Origin: Myxococcota bacterium
GTDB taxonomy: Bacteria > Myxococcota_A > Polyangia > Nannocystales > Nannocystaceae
Length of the DNA stretch: 64,000 nucleotides
Direction: 5' to 3'
Assembly (NCBI GenBank): GCA_039028615.1
Contig: JBCCHT010000003.1
Span: 128,001 to 192,000, forward strand
Below are positions 1 through 10,056 of this stretch, one piece after another. The translations under genes were made by a program, and so were the position numbers. The stretch's first letter is position 1. Each line of letters begins with the position of its first letter. The notes under the pieces are model-generated. The model worked only from the letters and a program-made list of their open reading frames with translations. It ran no database searches and was not told the origin of the DNA.

Positions 1-582
1 CACCGAGTTGAAGCGGGGCTCCGTGCCCAGGTTGCCGTGGCCGCCCAGATACAGCAGCAGCGGCTCGGGGCCGCCGGCCAGCGCGTGGTCGAGGGCCTGG
101 ATCACCCCCTGCGCGGTGGCGGGCTCGGCCGTGTCCAGGGCGGTCGCGCGGTAGCGGAGGTCTCGGCCGCCTCGCGGAGCGAACAGGTCGCCGAGGGCCG
201 CCACGACCGGGTCGGGCTCGCGACCGGGGGCCAGCACCTGCACCGTGGCCGTGCCCGGGCCCGCGCCGAAGAGCACCCGACCTCCCGGGCCGAGGACCTC
301 GGCCGCCAGCGCGATGTCCTGCTCGAGCGACACCTGGTTGAGCTCGGGGATCGCCCCGCTGGCGGCGGCGATCCAGCGCGGCGGCACGGCGGGATCGAAC
401 GGGGGCAGGGGAATGGGAGCCGGGGGGGCAGGGACCCCGGGCAGTCGCACCGAGGGGGGCACGGCGGGAGCCGGCGGGGGCTCTTGGACGGCGGGCGTGG
501 GGGCGCTACGCGGCCGACTCTGGGTCTGGCATGCACCGACCAGGCCGACGACGAGGGCGAAGAGCGGCCGAACGCGGAGCAC
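1..582 (-). CDS. Partial (runs off window start) lipoprotein, probable caspase-like/peptidase C13-C14 fold
   Basis: Not in ORF track. The minus frame from GTG 582 reads MLRVRPLFALVVGLVGAC (lipobox), a Pro-rich linker, then ...PLLLYLGGHG..., a strand-His-Gly motif typical of clan CD proteases. Confidence 0.55.
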   Translation of the reverse strand, partial: MLRVRPLFALVVGLVGACQTQSRPRSAPTPAVQEPPPAPAVPPSVRLPGVPAPPAPIPLPPFDPAVPPRWIAAASGAIPELNQVSLEQDIALAAEVLGPGGRVLFGAGPGTATVQVLAPGREPDPVVAALGDLFAPRGGRDLRYRATALDTAEPATAQGVIQALDHALAGGPEPLLLYLGGHGNLGTEPRFNSV

Positions 583-764
583 GTGGGGGCAGCGTAGCAG
601 CCCAGCTCCACCTGTAAGGAGGTTCAGGCAGATCGCGTGCGTGAATGTCGCGGAGGGATTTCTCGAATTTTGGGTGCGACAACGGCCGATCGCGCTCGTC
701 CTGTCCCACGCAGCCGGACGCGGCCCATCGCGACGCTGCCCCCACCCACGAAGGATTCCCACCG

Positions 765-1436
765 ATGACCAAGACCGCCACCACCCTCTGTGCCCTGTTC
801 CTGCTCAGCGCCGCCGGCTGCGACGACAAGAAGGGCGACGACAAGAAGGAAACCGCCGCCAAGGGCGACAAGGCCAAGGGCGACGCCAAGGCCAAGGGCG
901 GCGGCGATGCCAAGGCCGAGGAGAAGAAGCCGGCCGAGCCCCCCGCTCCCAAGATGGCCGCCGCCGAGATCAAGGAGTGGCAGGTCAAGCTCATGCTGCC
1001 CGAGGGTGCCGCGGTGACCGAGCTCGAAGAGGGCGACGCCGACATGGAGATGCCCGACAGCGCCACGGTCACCACCGAGAAGGCCTGCGGCTACGACATC
1101 GACCTCACCCGCCACTGGAAGAAGAGCCTCGACAGCATGTACGAGAACTCCAAGAAGGCGGCCGACGGCCTGACCGAGATCGAGTTCCTCAAGGACGAGA
1201 AGACCGACACCGGCTACACCGTGCACTACAAGGGCAAGGCGCCCCTGGGCGACATGTACGGCGCGAGCACGGGCGTCGTGATCGGCGACCGTCTGGTGCT
1301 GTGCGACTCGGGCCTGGGTCGCCAAGAGAAGCACGAGGCCGCCTGCGTGCTGGCCGTGTGCAGCACCGTGGCCGGAGCCGAGGCGGGAGCCCCCGCCGAC
1401 GCCAAGGGTGACGCCAAGGCCGACAAGGCCGGCTGA
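765..1436 (+). CDS. Hypothetical lipoprotein with Lys/Ala/Asp-rich linker
   Basis: ATG 765, MTKTATTLCALFLLSAAGC lipobox; high GC3; similar to 29566..30183. Confidence 0.8.
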   Translation: MTKTATTLCALFLLSAAGCDDKKGDDKKETAAKGDKAKGDAKAKGGGDAKAEEKKPAEPPAPKMAAAEIKEWQVKLMLPEGAAVTELEEGDADMEMPDSATVTTEKACGYDIDLTRHWKKSLDSMYENSKKAADGLTEIEFLKDEKTDTGYTVHYKGKAPLGDMYGASTGVVIGDRLVLCDSGLGRQEKHEAACVLAVCSTVAGAEAGAPADAKGDAKADKAG

Positions 1437-1548
1437 TCTCGTCGGCACAGTTTGGGCGTCGGTTTGGGCTTAGTGGGGACGAGGCTCGATCCGGCGTCCG
1501 TTTATTGGTTTTCAGCACGCGCGCGCGAAGCTGGGTACTCTGCCTCGC

Positions 1549-2373
1549 GTGAGCACCCCTCGTAAGCACGGAGAGCCGCGCGGCTCGGCCCCTCGCCAAG
1601 AGCCCCTCTACGATCTGGGCATCCCCACGCCCTCCCACGCCGAGCGGGCTCGCACGCTCGTCGCCAGCGCGACCAACGGCGTGCTCTCCACCCACGCCGT
1701 CGAGCTCGACGGCCACCCCTACGGCTCGCTCGTGATCTTCGCCGTTCACGACGGCGCCCCCATCTTCCTCGTCAGCGAGCTCGCCGAGCACACCCGCAAC
1801 CTCCGGGCCTCGTCGCGATGTTCCCTGCTCGTCACCGAGATCGGCCCCGACAACCCCCTCGCCCTCGGTCGGCTCACCTTGGTCGGCACCTGCGAGCCCA
1901 TCCCCGACGCCGAGCGAGCCGCCGCTCAGGCCTCCTTCCTCGAGCGTCACCCCCCCGCCGAGTACTACGCCGATTTCGAAGACTTCAACCTCTGGCGCCT
2001 CACCGTCACCGGCATCCGCTACATCGGCGGCTTTGGCCGCATGTCCTGGGTCGACCTCGAAGCCTGGAACGAAGCCACCCCCGATCCCATCGCTCCCAAC
2101 GCCACCGGGATCATCACCCACATGAACGACGACCACGCCGACGCCCTTCGCCTCTACTGCGAAGCCTTCAGCAAATCCGGCCCCGTCCCCCAAGCCACCA
2201 TGACCGGCGTCGACCGCTACGGCTTCGAAATCTCCGCCGAAACCAAGTCCGGCCCCCGCCCCGTCCGCATCGCCTTCGACGAGCCCGTCACCACTTCCAC
2301 GGAAGTCCGCCAACAAATGGTGACCCTAGTCAAACGAGCCCGCACCCAACTCGGCGTCACCAAACCCACCTGA
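1549..2373 (+). CDS. HugZ-like heme utilisation / pyridoxamine 5'-phosphate oxidase family protein with C-terminal DUF2470-type domain
   Basis: G.PYGSLV, SELAEHTRNL, YIGGFGRMSWV, IITHMNDDH, GVDRYG motifs. Confidence 0.85.
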   Translation: MSTPRKHGEPRGSAPRQEPLYDLGIPTPSHAERARTLVASATNGVLSTHAVELDGHPYGSLVIFAVHDGAPIFLVSELAEHTRNLRASSRCSLLVTEIGPDNPLALGRLTLVGTCEPIPDAERAAAQASFLERHPPAEYYADFEDFNLWRLTVTGIRYIGGFGRMSWVDLEAWNEATPDPIAPNATGIITHMNDDHADALRLYCEAFSKSGPVPQATMTGVDRYGFEISAETKSGPRPVRIAFDEPVTTSTEVRQQMVTLVKRARTQLGVTKPT

Positions 2374-2616
2374 CGCCCCGCGCTGCCCACCACGGGTCGC
2401 TGTCACCCAAAAGCCCCCGCGCCCCGAGCGGATGGGCGCCATTGGCTGGAAATTCGAGGTGGCCCCGACCGTCACGCGCTGGCCCAGTGGGGGCGAGTTC
2501 ATTCGCCAGGATTGCTGCTCGAAGGACTCCGAAGAGGTCGCTAAGCCGCAGATGAGCAGCCTCCAGGTCGCGCCCGACGGCGGCGGCACCGAGGCCCCAG
2601 ACGACGTCGAGGGCTA

Positions 2617-2776
2617 AAGCTCATCTCAAAAACCCTCGCGAGGCGATAACGCGGCCCCGTCGACGAGGGCCGCGTTGCCAATTCTTGAAGTACGCCCAGT
2701 ACGCCTGCGAATTGGCGCCTTGCCCTCGCCGACGCTGACCACGTTCTCACCCCACGAGGGTTTTTGAGATGAGCTT
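2617..2776. mobile_element. Non-autonomous MITE-like element, 160 bp
   Basis: Perfect 22-bp TIR AAGCTCATCTCAAAAACCCTCG (2617-2638 / 2755-2776), TA on both flanks (2615-16, 2777-78), no transposase inside. Confidence 0.8.
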
Positions 2777-2815
2777 TAGAACAGTGCACCTGAGCCGCCA
2801 AGGGCAGCGGGTCCG

Positions 2816-3073
2816 TCAACAACTTCCCGACGGCTTGGCGCCGAGCTCGTTGCACAGGCCGAGCAGGGCGTTGCGCTCGACCAACGGCGTGCCCCGATTC
2901 ACCGTGAAGTACTCGTGCCAGGTCGAGAATCCGGGCGGAGTGAAGCACTCAAAGCAATCTTCCAAGACCGCGTCCTCCTCTCCGGAGGGGATCTTCACCG
3001 TGCTCGCTCGGTTGCCGATCCGCCCTACCTTGAAGTCCTTGTTCTGACGCGCCTTCTTGCTCCCCCCGGACAT
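2816..3073 (-). CDS. Short hypothetical ORF or gene remnant
   Basis: Codons are GC3-biased in the EEDAVLEDCFEC...GAKPSGSC frame; no recognisable family. Confidence 0.3.
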   Translation of the reverse strand: MSGGSKKARQNKDFKVGRIGNRASTVKIPSGEEDAVLEDCFECFTPPGFSTWHEYFTVNRGTPLVERNALLGLCNELGAKPSGSC

Positions 3074-3257
3074 CGGGACAAGCCCGCGGAGGGGGCGTGC
3101 TCGGCGGAAGGCTCCCGCCGAGTCCGTTGCGCTTCGTGATCGTTCAATCCTGGGTAGCTTCATGGCGTGGGCTCCTGTTGATCGTCAGGCCTGACCGACC
3201 GATGGGCTACCCCCCGATGCAGGGGGGTCTTGGCGACGATGAGTCCAACCCAAAGCG

Positions 3258-3470
3258 TCACCGTTCGCCCAGCACCGCCCCTGCCGCCAGCGACCGCGCC
3301 CCGCCTACCGCCATCATCACCGCGATGTCGTGCTTCTTGCGACGCACCAGCAAGCTGGCGATGAGCGACGACGCGGCCACCACCACCATCAAGCCCAGTA
3401 CCAGCGACGGCGGATAGACCGCTCGAGGTCCGATGCAGATGGCAGCAGGCCCTCCACCCGAAGCCATCAT
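3258..3470 (-). pseudogene. Possible fragment of an FtsX/LolC-E-type ABC permease
   Basis: TM helix followed by SLLVRRKKHDIAVMMAVGG resembles the permease 'V.E...EIAIL.A.GA' motif; truncated by a stop. Confidence 0.3.
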
Positions 3471-3658
3471 TGATGCGAGCCAAGGGCGCGGCTGACCCCG
3501 CGTAGCCAGAAGGGGCCCCCGGTCGCGCGGAGACGGCGACTATTCGTAGGCCGAGCGCTCGATCCCCCAATTCGCCGTCGAGCACGTCCGGGGTAGCGTC
3601 TGGCGTCAACAGGGGAAGCCGTCTCCGAAACCAGCAGAGCCTTCGCCTCCCCACACCC

Positions 3659-4537
3659 TCACCCCCGCCCCCGCATCACCTCCACCAACACCTCCAAAAA
3701 CACCCGAGTCTTCGGCGGCACAAACTTCCCCGATCCCCAAACCGCATGAATCGGCACCTCCCCCCCATGCCACCCGGGAATCACCCGCACCAACCTCCCC
3801 GCCTCAATCTCCCCCCACGCCAACGACCACGGCACAAACCCCACCCCAACCCCTTCACTCAACAAATAAACCAGCGAACTCGACGAGTTGAGCACCACCT
3901 TCCCGGGCGTCTCCAGCTCCAACCGCTCGTCCCCCGGCCCCACGAACCGCCGCCGCGTCGGCAGCTGAGAATGCACCACCCACGGCACATCACTCAGCTG
4001 CTCCGGCCTCTCGATCTCCCCCAGCCGCCGCGCAAGCTCCGGTGAAGCCACCACCACATCCCGGTCCACTCCAAGCCGCCGCACTCGAAGATCCGAGTCC
4101 ACCAGCGGCCCCACGCGAATCGCAAGATCGAACTCGTCCTCGATCAAGTCTCGGTTCGAGTCCGACAGATCGAGCCGCACCGACAGCCGCGGGTACCGAG
4201 CCGTCATCCGAGCGACCGCGGGCGTCACCAACCAAGCATCCACCACCGACGACGCCGTGACCCGCAGGGTACCGACCGGCTCGCCCATCGCCGCCCGCAC
4301 GTCGCGGAGCCCTTCGCTCCACGCCTCCGTCATCGCGCGCGCCCGCGGCAGGAAGCGCTCGCCGATCTCCGTCAGTCGCTGACGCCGGGTGCTGCGCTCG
4401 AGCAGTCGCGCCCCGCAGACCTCCTCGAGCTCCTTGAGGTGAGCACTGACCACGCTCTTCGAAAGCCCGAGCCGCTTCGCCGCCGCGGTGATCGAGCCGC
4501 TCGCCACGATCTCCACGAACACCGCGGCCCGGGGCAT
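3659..4537 (-). CDS. LysR family transcriptional regulator (CrgA/DmlR-like)
   Basis: HTH GSITAAAKRLGLSKSVVS, LLERSTRRQRLTEIG, DLIEDEFDLAIRVG, PPKTRVF; ATG 4537 or TTG 4564. Confidence 0.92.
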   Translation of the reverse strand: MPRAAVFVEIVASGSITAAAKRLGLSKSVVSAHLKELEEVCGARLLERSTRRQRLTEIGERFLPRARAMTEAWSEGLRDVRAAMGEPVGTLRVTASSVVDAWLVTPAVARMTARYPRLSVRLDLSDSNRDLIEDEFDLAIRVGPLVDSDLRVRRLGVDRDVVVASPELARRLGEIERPEQLSDVPWVVHSQLPTRRRFVGPGDERLELETPGKVVLNSSSSLVYLLSEGVGVGFVPWSLAWGEIEAGRLVRVIPGWHGGEVPIHAVWGSGKFVPPKTRVFLEVLVEVMRGRG

Positions 4538-4553
4538 GTGCCATAGCGTTGAT

Positions 4554-4595
4554 TGTTCGCTCAAGGCGGACAGTGTATCCGTTCGACGCTGGATA
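4554..4595. promoter_or_regulatory. Putative LysR binding dyads in the divergent promoter
   Basis: TGTTCGC-N5-GCGGACA (4554-4572) and TATCC-N10-GGATA (4576-4595) between divergent LysR and SnoaL genes. Confidence 0.4.
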
Positions 4596-4684
4596 GTCGC
4601 ATTGGGTTTCTCATTGTAGAACAATCTCGAGCCGGGGCGTGCCGCTCGGCTCCCACCGAAAACCCCGTTCGGAAGACGAATCCA

Positions 4685-5476
4685 ATGATCGATCACGAGA
4701 ATCAACCGCGCCTGCGCAACGCCATTGGTCTGTATCTCGATGGCATTCGAGACGGGCATCCACGCGAGGCCATCGCCCGCTACACGGGCGCCCGCTACAC
4801 CCAGCACTCCACGGGAGTCGCTGACGGTCGCGAGGGGTTCATTGCGTTCTTCGAGCCGTTCCTCGCCCGCAATCCCGACCGCGACATCCAGGTCATCCGC
4901 GGCTGGGAAGACGGGCAGTATGCGTTCGTGCATGTGTTCCAGTCGCTCAACGGCGGCGAGGCGCAGTGGGTCACCGCGGACTTCTTCGACACCGATGCCG
5001 ACGGCAAGATCATCGAGCACTGGGACGTCATCGCGGAGTACGCCGACTCCACGCCGTCGGGTCACACCAGCATCGACGGCCCCACCGAGATCGTCGACCT
5101 CGACAAGACCGAGGACAACAAGCAGCTCGTCCGCGACATGATCACCGACCTGCTGATGCGCGGCGGCGACGTGAGCCGGGCCGACCAGTACATCAGCCGG
5201 GACACGTACATCCAGCACAACCGCGAGGTCGCCGATGGCTTCGAGGCCTTCAACGCGCTGCTGCAGGCCGAGCCGCGCCCGCTGTGGTACGAGCGGATCG
5301 TGCTGCTGGTCGGTCGCGGCAACTTCGTGGCCACGCTGTGCGAGGCGAAGTGGGAAGGCCAGCCCTACGCCCAGGTCGACATCTTCCGCGTCGAAAACGG
5401 TCGCATCGTGGAGCACTGGGACAACGTCGAGCCGTGTCCTCCGCCCGAAGAGCTGGCCAATAGCGGCAAGTTCTAG
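4685..5476 (+). CDS. Tandem SnoaL/NTF2-like domain protein
   Basis: Two repeats of Y.QH..GV.DG..(G/A)F ... D.FR...G.I.EHWD. Confidence 0.88.
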   Translation: MIDHENQPRLRNAIGLYLDGIRDGHPREAIARYTGARYTQHSTGVADGREGFIAFFEPFLARNPDRDIQVIRGWEDGQYAFVHVFQSLNGGEAQWVTADFFDTDADGKIIEHWDVIAEYADSTPSGHTSIDGPTEIVDLDKTEDNKQLVRDMITDLLMRGGDVSRADQYISRDTYIQHNREVADGFEAFNALLQAEPRPLWYERIVLLVGRGNFVATLCEAKWEGQPYAQVDIFRVENGRIVEHWDNVEPCPPPEELANSGKF

Positions 5477-5491
5477 CCCGTTCGGTCGGGC

Positions 5492-5545
5492 CCGAAAAAC
5501 GAAGGGGCACGCGCGGTCGACCGCGGCGTGCCCCTCGTCGTTCGG
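5492..5545. terminator. Hairpin between convergent genes
   Basis: GAAGGGGCACGC...GCGTGCCCCTC inverted repeat with A-run on the left side. Confidence 0.6.
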
Positions 5546-5559
5546 CGCGACGTTCGAGC

Positions 5560-7035
5560 TTACGGGCAGTCGTGCACGCCCAGGCCGCTGAAGTCGTCGA
5601 TGCCGAAGCTGCTCCACTGGGCGGAGGGATCGAACTCGTCCGTACCCTCGGGGTCACCGGTCTGCACGGAGCAGTCGCGGCGCATGCCCGAGTTCAGGGT
5701 GCTGACGCCGTCGACGTTCCACTGCGCGCCGGGGTCGAAGCCGATCTGGCCGATGACGTCGAGCGCGACGCCCTCGCAGCGCAGGACCACGGTGTCGTCG
5801 CCGTTCCAGAAGTTCTGGCCGTTGACGATGTCGCAGGGGGTCGTGTCGTCGGCATTGTCGTCGCAGAGCACCGCGACGCCGCCGGGCTCGATGGCCCCGG
5901 AGAGCGCGATGGTGTTGCCCACCGCCGGGTTGCCGCCGCGGTAGATCTGCACGGAGCAGTCGTCGAGGTCGAAGTCGACGGCAGTGGGGTTGTAGATCTC
6001 GACCGCCTTATTGAAGAAGGTGCCCTCGACGTACTCGCTGAAGTACGGGGTGCGCAGCGGCCAGCCGGTGGGCTCGTCGACGTAGACCCACAGGGCCTGC
6101 CCGGGCTCGACGGCGAAGTTGGTGCCCCAGTCGGGCGCGAAGAACTGCTCGGTCTGCTGCCCGCCGAGGTCCCACTGGTCGAGCTGGGTGATGCTGGGCT
6201 CGCGGGCGGCCAAGCCCTGGGCATCGGTGGCGGACATCGACAGCGGCACGGTGGCGAGGTTCTGGCCCTCGGCGAGGGTCCGCGCGATGTCGGTGGCGAC
6301 GGGCACGGTGCCGGTCTGGGTGTAGCTGGTGCCCGCGCTGCCGTCGGTGCGCACGGCGACGGCATCGCCCGCGTTCCACGAGAAGTTGGGCGCGGCCCAG
6401 GCGGGGTCGGGGTGCCCGGGGGCGTAGAAGACCTGGTACGGGAACCAGCGCTTGACCTCGATGACGCCGGGGATCTCCGCGGCGAGGCTGGCCGCGTCGA
6501 GGCTGGCCGTGTCGAGCAGCGGGAAGCCGAGCATGGTGTAGCCGTCGGAGCTCAGCGGCTGCACGAACTTGCCCGCGATGGTCGACAGATACTCGTCGGG
6601 GCCGTCGGTCTCGATGCGGTAGTAGTAGCTGGTGGTGTCGTTGCCGCCGACGTCGGTGAAGCTGGCGGTGGCCAGGTCGTCGCTCAGCAGCACGGAGCCG
6701 GCGTCACCCGGGAAGAAATAGGGATCGGTGGAGCGCCACACGTCGTAGACGAAGTCGCCGCCTTGGTCGGTCCAGGTCAGGTCGATGTCGGCGCCGGCTT
6801 GGGCGATGCCGAGGTCGAAGCCAGCGACCTGCGCCACGGTGGGCAGGGGGCTGACGAGGTCGTCGGCACCCGCCTCGATGCCTTCGCTTTCGTCCTCGAT
6901 CCCCAGCTCACCGAATCCATCGTCGGTGACGCTCGAGCAGCCGGCCAGCGCAATGGCGGCCACCACGATGTGGCTGGCGCGAAGAGAGGAGAAGGAAGCG
7001 GAGCATCGGGACGTGAAGTTGCGCATATCGAACAT
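5560..7035 (-). CDS. Secreted lipoprotein with C-terminal lamin-tail domain
   Basis: IALAGC lipobox; FSEYVEG..FNKAVEIYNPT...DL and NGDD.V.L....DVIG LTD motifs; start 7035 or 7026. Confidence 0.8.
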   Translation of the reverse strand: MFDMRNFTSRCSASFSSLRASHIVVAAIALAGCSSVTDDGFGELGIEDESEGIEAGADDLVSPLPTVAQVAGFDLGIAQAGADIDLTWTDQGGDFVYDVWRSTDPYFFPGDAGSVLLSDDLATASFTDVGGNDTTSYYYRIETDGPDEYLSTIAGKFVQPLSSDGYTMLGFPLLDTASLDAASLAAEIPGVIEVKRWFPYQVFYAPGHPDPAWAAPNFSWNAGDAVAVRTDGSAGTSYTQTGTVPVATDIARTLAEGQNLATVPLSMSATDAQGLAAREPSITQLDQWDLGGQQTEQFFAPDWGTNFAVEPGQALWVYVDEPTGWPLRTPYFSEYVEGTFFNKAVEIYNPTAVDFDLDDCSVQIYRGGNPAVGNTIALSGAIEPGGVAVLCDDNADDTTPCDIVNGQNFWNGDDTVVLRCEGVALDVIGQIGFDPGAQWNVDGVSTLNSGMRRDCSVQTGDPEGTDEFDPSAQWSSFGIDDFSGLGVHDCP

Positions 7036-7333
7036 CTCTGACGGGGCGCGGGTCTCGGGGGACCGGGCGCGAGCGAGGAGTCGTCGAGCCTCGCATGTCA
7101 GACGGAGCGAAAGGCGACCGGTCGCACGAAAAAATCAGTGTTCGTAGCGACTTCGCGCGGCCATGACGTGCTGCAACTCTCACTACTCAACGGGCGCGCG
7201 ATCGTGGCCGCGCGGTCCCGTTCAGGTGGCAGTTTCGGCCGGCGAAAATGGCCGGCGCGGCGTGGGGGCGACGCCGCGCCGCGCGGGCTCGCACGGCCCG
7301 GCAGGGAGACTCGCGTCGGCGAGCCGTCGAGGT

Positions 7334-7720
7334 TCAGCCTTCGCTCGCGGGCGGCTGCCACAGCTCGAAACGGTTGCCGTCCGGATCCATGGCCCAGCCG
7401 AAGCGACCGAACTCGCTCTCTTCGATCTTGTCGTCGACGGTGACGCCCGCTTCGCGAAGCTGAGCTAGCATCGCATCGAGATCGTCGACCCGGTAGTTGA
7501 CCATGAAGGGGGCCGGGCTCGGTTCGAAGTACTTGGTGTCTTGAGCGAAGGGCGACCACACCGTCGAGCCCTTGCGCTCGGGCTCGTCGGGGCGCCGCCA
7601 GTGGAACACCGCACAGCCGTGCTCGTGCTCGATGCCCAGGTTGTCGCGATACCAGTCGAGCAGCGACTTGGGGTCACGCGACTTGAAGAAGACTCCGCCG
7701 ATTCCTTTGACTCGTTCCAT
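7334..7720 (-). CDS. VOC/glyoxalase family protein
   Basis: MERVKGIGGVFFKSRDP, FMVNYRVDDLD, DPDGNRFELWQP. Confidence 0.9.
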   Translation of the reverse strand: MERVKGIGGVFFKSRDPKSLLDWYRDNLGIEHEHGCAVFHWRRPDEPERKGSTVWSPFAQDTKYFEPSPAPFMVNYRVDDLDAMLAQLREAGVTVDDKIEESEFGRFGWAMDPDGNRFELWQPPASEG

Positions 7721-8042
7721 TGAACCGCCTCGTGTGGGAAGGTGGCTCAGTTTCGCATTGCGCGCGGGGTCGACGGAGCCGAGTTCGGTCCGCGTCACCT
7801 CACGAACGATGCGCGCGTAGGCTGAAACCCCAACTCCTTTTCGAGATCCATCGTCGTGGCTGCGAGGAGGGTCTATGGTCGGGTCGATCGCGGAATGAAT
7901 CGCTTGGCAACCGGTTCGGCTCCAGCGTCGCAACGCTGCGGTCCGAGCACGTGCCCCCCACACGTCCCCGGATGCGCCGCGTCGCGACCGTACGCCCCAA
8001 CCCCCGTCTGTTCCGCCCCTGCTCGAGGAAACGAAACTCCCC

Positions 8043-9938
8043 ATGAAGCACGAGTTGTTGACCGCTGCATTGCTCGTAGGACTCGGCGTCGGCTGCAAGC
8101 CCACTCCCGCCGACGACAAACCGGCCGCCCCCGCCTCGAAGTCCGACGACGGCGACGACGCGTCGCCGATGGGCCTGCCGCCCTTTGCCAAGTTCTTCAC
8201 GTCGGGCCTCGACAAGCCCGGTCCCTACGAAGAGCCCCGCGAGTCCGAGAACTACGAGGACGGCGCGGCCCATCACCTGGTGCTCGAGCTGAGCGGCACC
8301 ATCGGCGAGGTCCAGTCCTTCGACATGTTCGGCGGCGGCGAGGTGACCAAGCCGCTGCGCGAGCTCACCGATGGCCTGAAGAAGGCGTCTGCCGACGACA
8401 ACGTGAAGGGCCTGGTGATTCGGTCCGCCAACGTGGCGATCGACATGGCCACCGCCGAGGAGCTGCGCGGCCACCTGCTGGCGTTCAAGGGTGACGGCGC
8501 CAAGAAGGTGCACTGTCACGCCGAGGTGGCGAGCAACGCCACGTACTACCTGCTGACCGCCTGCGACCAGCTCGTGCTGGCGCCGCTGGGCGAGCTGGTG
8601 ATCCCCGGGCCCGCGGCCACGCCCGTGCACGTCAAGGGCTTGATGGACAACCTCGGGGTGAAGGCCGACTTCCTCCACGTGGGTGCGTTCAAGGGCGCGG
8701 CCGAGCCGTTGACCCGCGAGGAGCCCTCGCCGCAGATGATGGAGGTGCTCGGCACGATCGTCGATCGCAGCTACCAGACCCAGCTCGACGGCATGGAAAA
8801 GGGCCGAGCGATCGACGAAGCCGGCGCCAAGGCGGCCATCGACGAAGCCATGGTGCTCGGGCCCCAAGCAGTCGAGCGCAAGCTCGTCGACGGCATCGCG
8901 ACCTGGGAAGACTTCCTCGCCAAGGCCACCGACGGCCAGGCGTGGAAGAAGTGGCGCAAGGCCAAAAACCCCCTCGCCGACTTCGGCGCCCTGCAGCGCT
9001 TCTTGGGCATCCTGCCGCCCGAGCGACCCTCCGGGCCCCACGTCGCGCTGGTCTACGCGGTCGGCAACGTCATCGACGGCAAGGGCGGCGGCACCGTGGG
9101 CGCGCGCCAGGAAATCGCCTCGCGCACCCTGGTCTCCGCGCTGCGAGCGATGGCGGCCGACGACTCGATCAAGGCGGTCGTGCTGCGGGTCAACTCCCCC
9201 GGCGGCAGCGCGCTGGCCTCCGAGCAGATCTGGCACGCGGTGGCCGAGGTCAAAAAGCACAAGCCCGTCGTCGTCTCCATGGGCTCGGTGGCCGCGTCGG
9301 GCGGCTACTACATCTCCACCGGGGCCAACGAGATCTTCGCCAACGCCAATACGTTGACCGGCTCCATCGGGGTCGTGGGCGGCAAGATCGTCGTCGGCGA
9401 TGCGCTCGAGTCCATCGGGGTGAAGACCTACGAGGTGCACCGCGGCGAGCGGGCCCTGATGGGTTCCCCGATGCAGCCCTGGAGCGACAGCGAGCGCGCC
9501 ATGATCCAGGGGATGATGGAGCACACCTACGAGGAGTTTCTCGTCCACGTGGCCGACGGCCGCAGTATGGAGCGAGACGCGGTCCACGAGATCGCCCAGG
9601 GGCGGGTGTGGACCGGCGTCGACGCCAAGGCCCACGGCCTGGTCGACACCATCGGCGGGCTCGATGACGCCCTGGCCCGCGCCCGAGAGCTCGGCGGCGT
9701 GGGCGAGGACGCGGACCTCGAGGTCTACCCGGGCGAGCCCACCGTTCGTGATCTGATCACCAGCTTCGGCCCGGTGCAGAGCGGGGTCCGCTCGATGCGG
9801 TGGAAGGCCGCGATCGAGGAGCTCGCCGCGGTGGCCGGCCCCCAGCACGCCCGCACGGTCTCGGCGCTGTTGCAGACGGTCACCGACCTTCGCGATGCGC
9901 GTCTGTGGGCGGTGAGCTGGGTTCCGCCGCTGCGCTGA
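8043..9938 (+). CDS. sppA: Signal peptide peptidase SppA (67K-type, S49), lipoprotein
   Basis: [52 protein letters not shown]. Confidence 0.93.
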   Translation: MKHELLTAALLVGLGVGCKPTPADDKPAAPASKSDDGDDASPMGLPPFAKFFTSGLDKPGPYEEPRESENYEDGAAHHLVLELSGTIGEVQSFDMFGGGEVTKPLRELTDGLKKASADDNVKGLVIRSANVAIDMATAEELRGHLLAFKGDGAKKVHCHAEVASNATYYLLTACDQLVLAPLGELVIPGPAATPVHVKGLMDNLGVKADFLHVGAFKGAAEPLTREEPSPQMMEVLGTIVDRSYQTQLDGMEKGRAIDEAGAKAAIDEAMVLGPQAVERKLVDGIATWEDFLAKATDGQAWKKWRKAKNPLADFGALQRFLGILPPERPSGPHVALVYAVGNVIDGKGGGTVGARQEIASRTLVSALRAMAADDSIKAVVLRVNSPGGSALASEQIWHAVAEVKKHKPVVVSMGSVAASGGYYISTGANEIFANANTLTGSIGVVGGKIVVGDALESIGVKTYEVHRGERALMGSPMQPWSDSERAMIQGMMEHTYEEFLVHVADGRSMERDAVHEIAQGRVWTGVDAKAHGLVDTIGGLDDALARARELGGVGEDADLEVYPGEPTVRDLITSFGPVQSGVRSMRWKAAIEELAAVAGPQHARTVSALLQTVTDLRDARLWAVSWVPPLR

Positions 9939-10056
9939 GCCTGGCGCCGCCCCCGGGGTAGGTCCCTGTCCGCCCGCGACGGTCGCGTCGTCCTGCAATT
10001 TGCCCCACACTGGACCGTTGGGTCGGCGGGGCATTTCTGCGAAAATACGAGGGCAG

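Noticed and set aside
3659..5617. 652-aa LysR 'fusion' ORF
   Set aside because: The N-terminal extension is the antisense shadow of the SnoaL gene; the LysR HTH begins near 4537-4564
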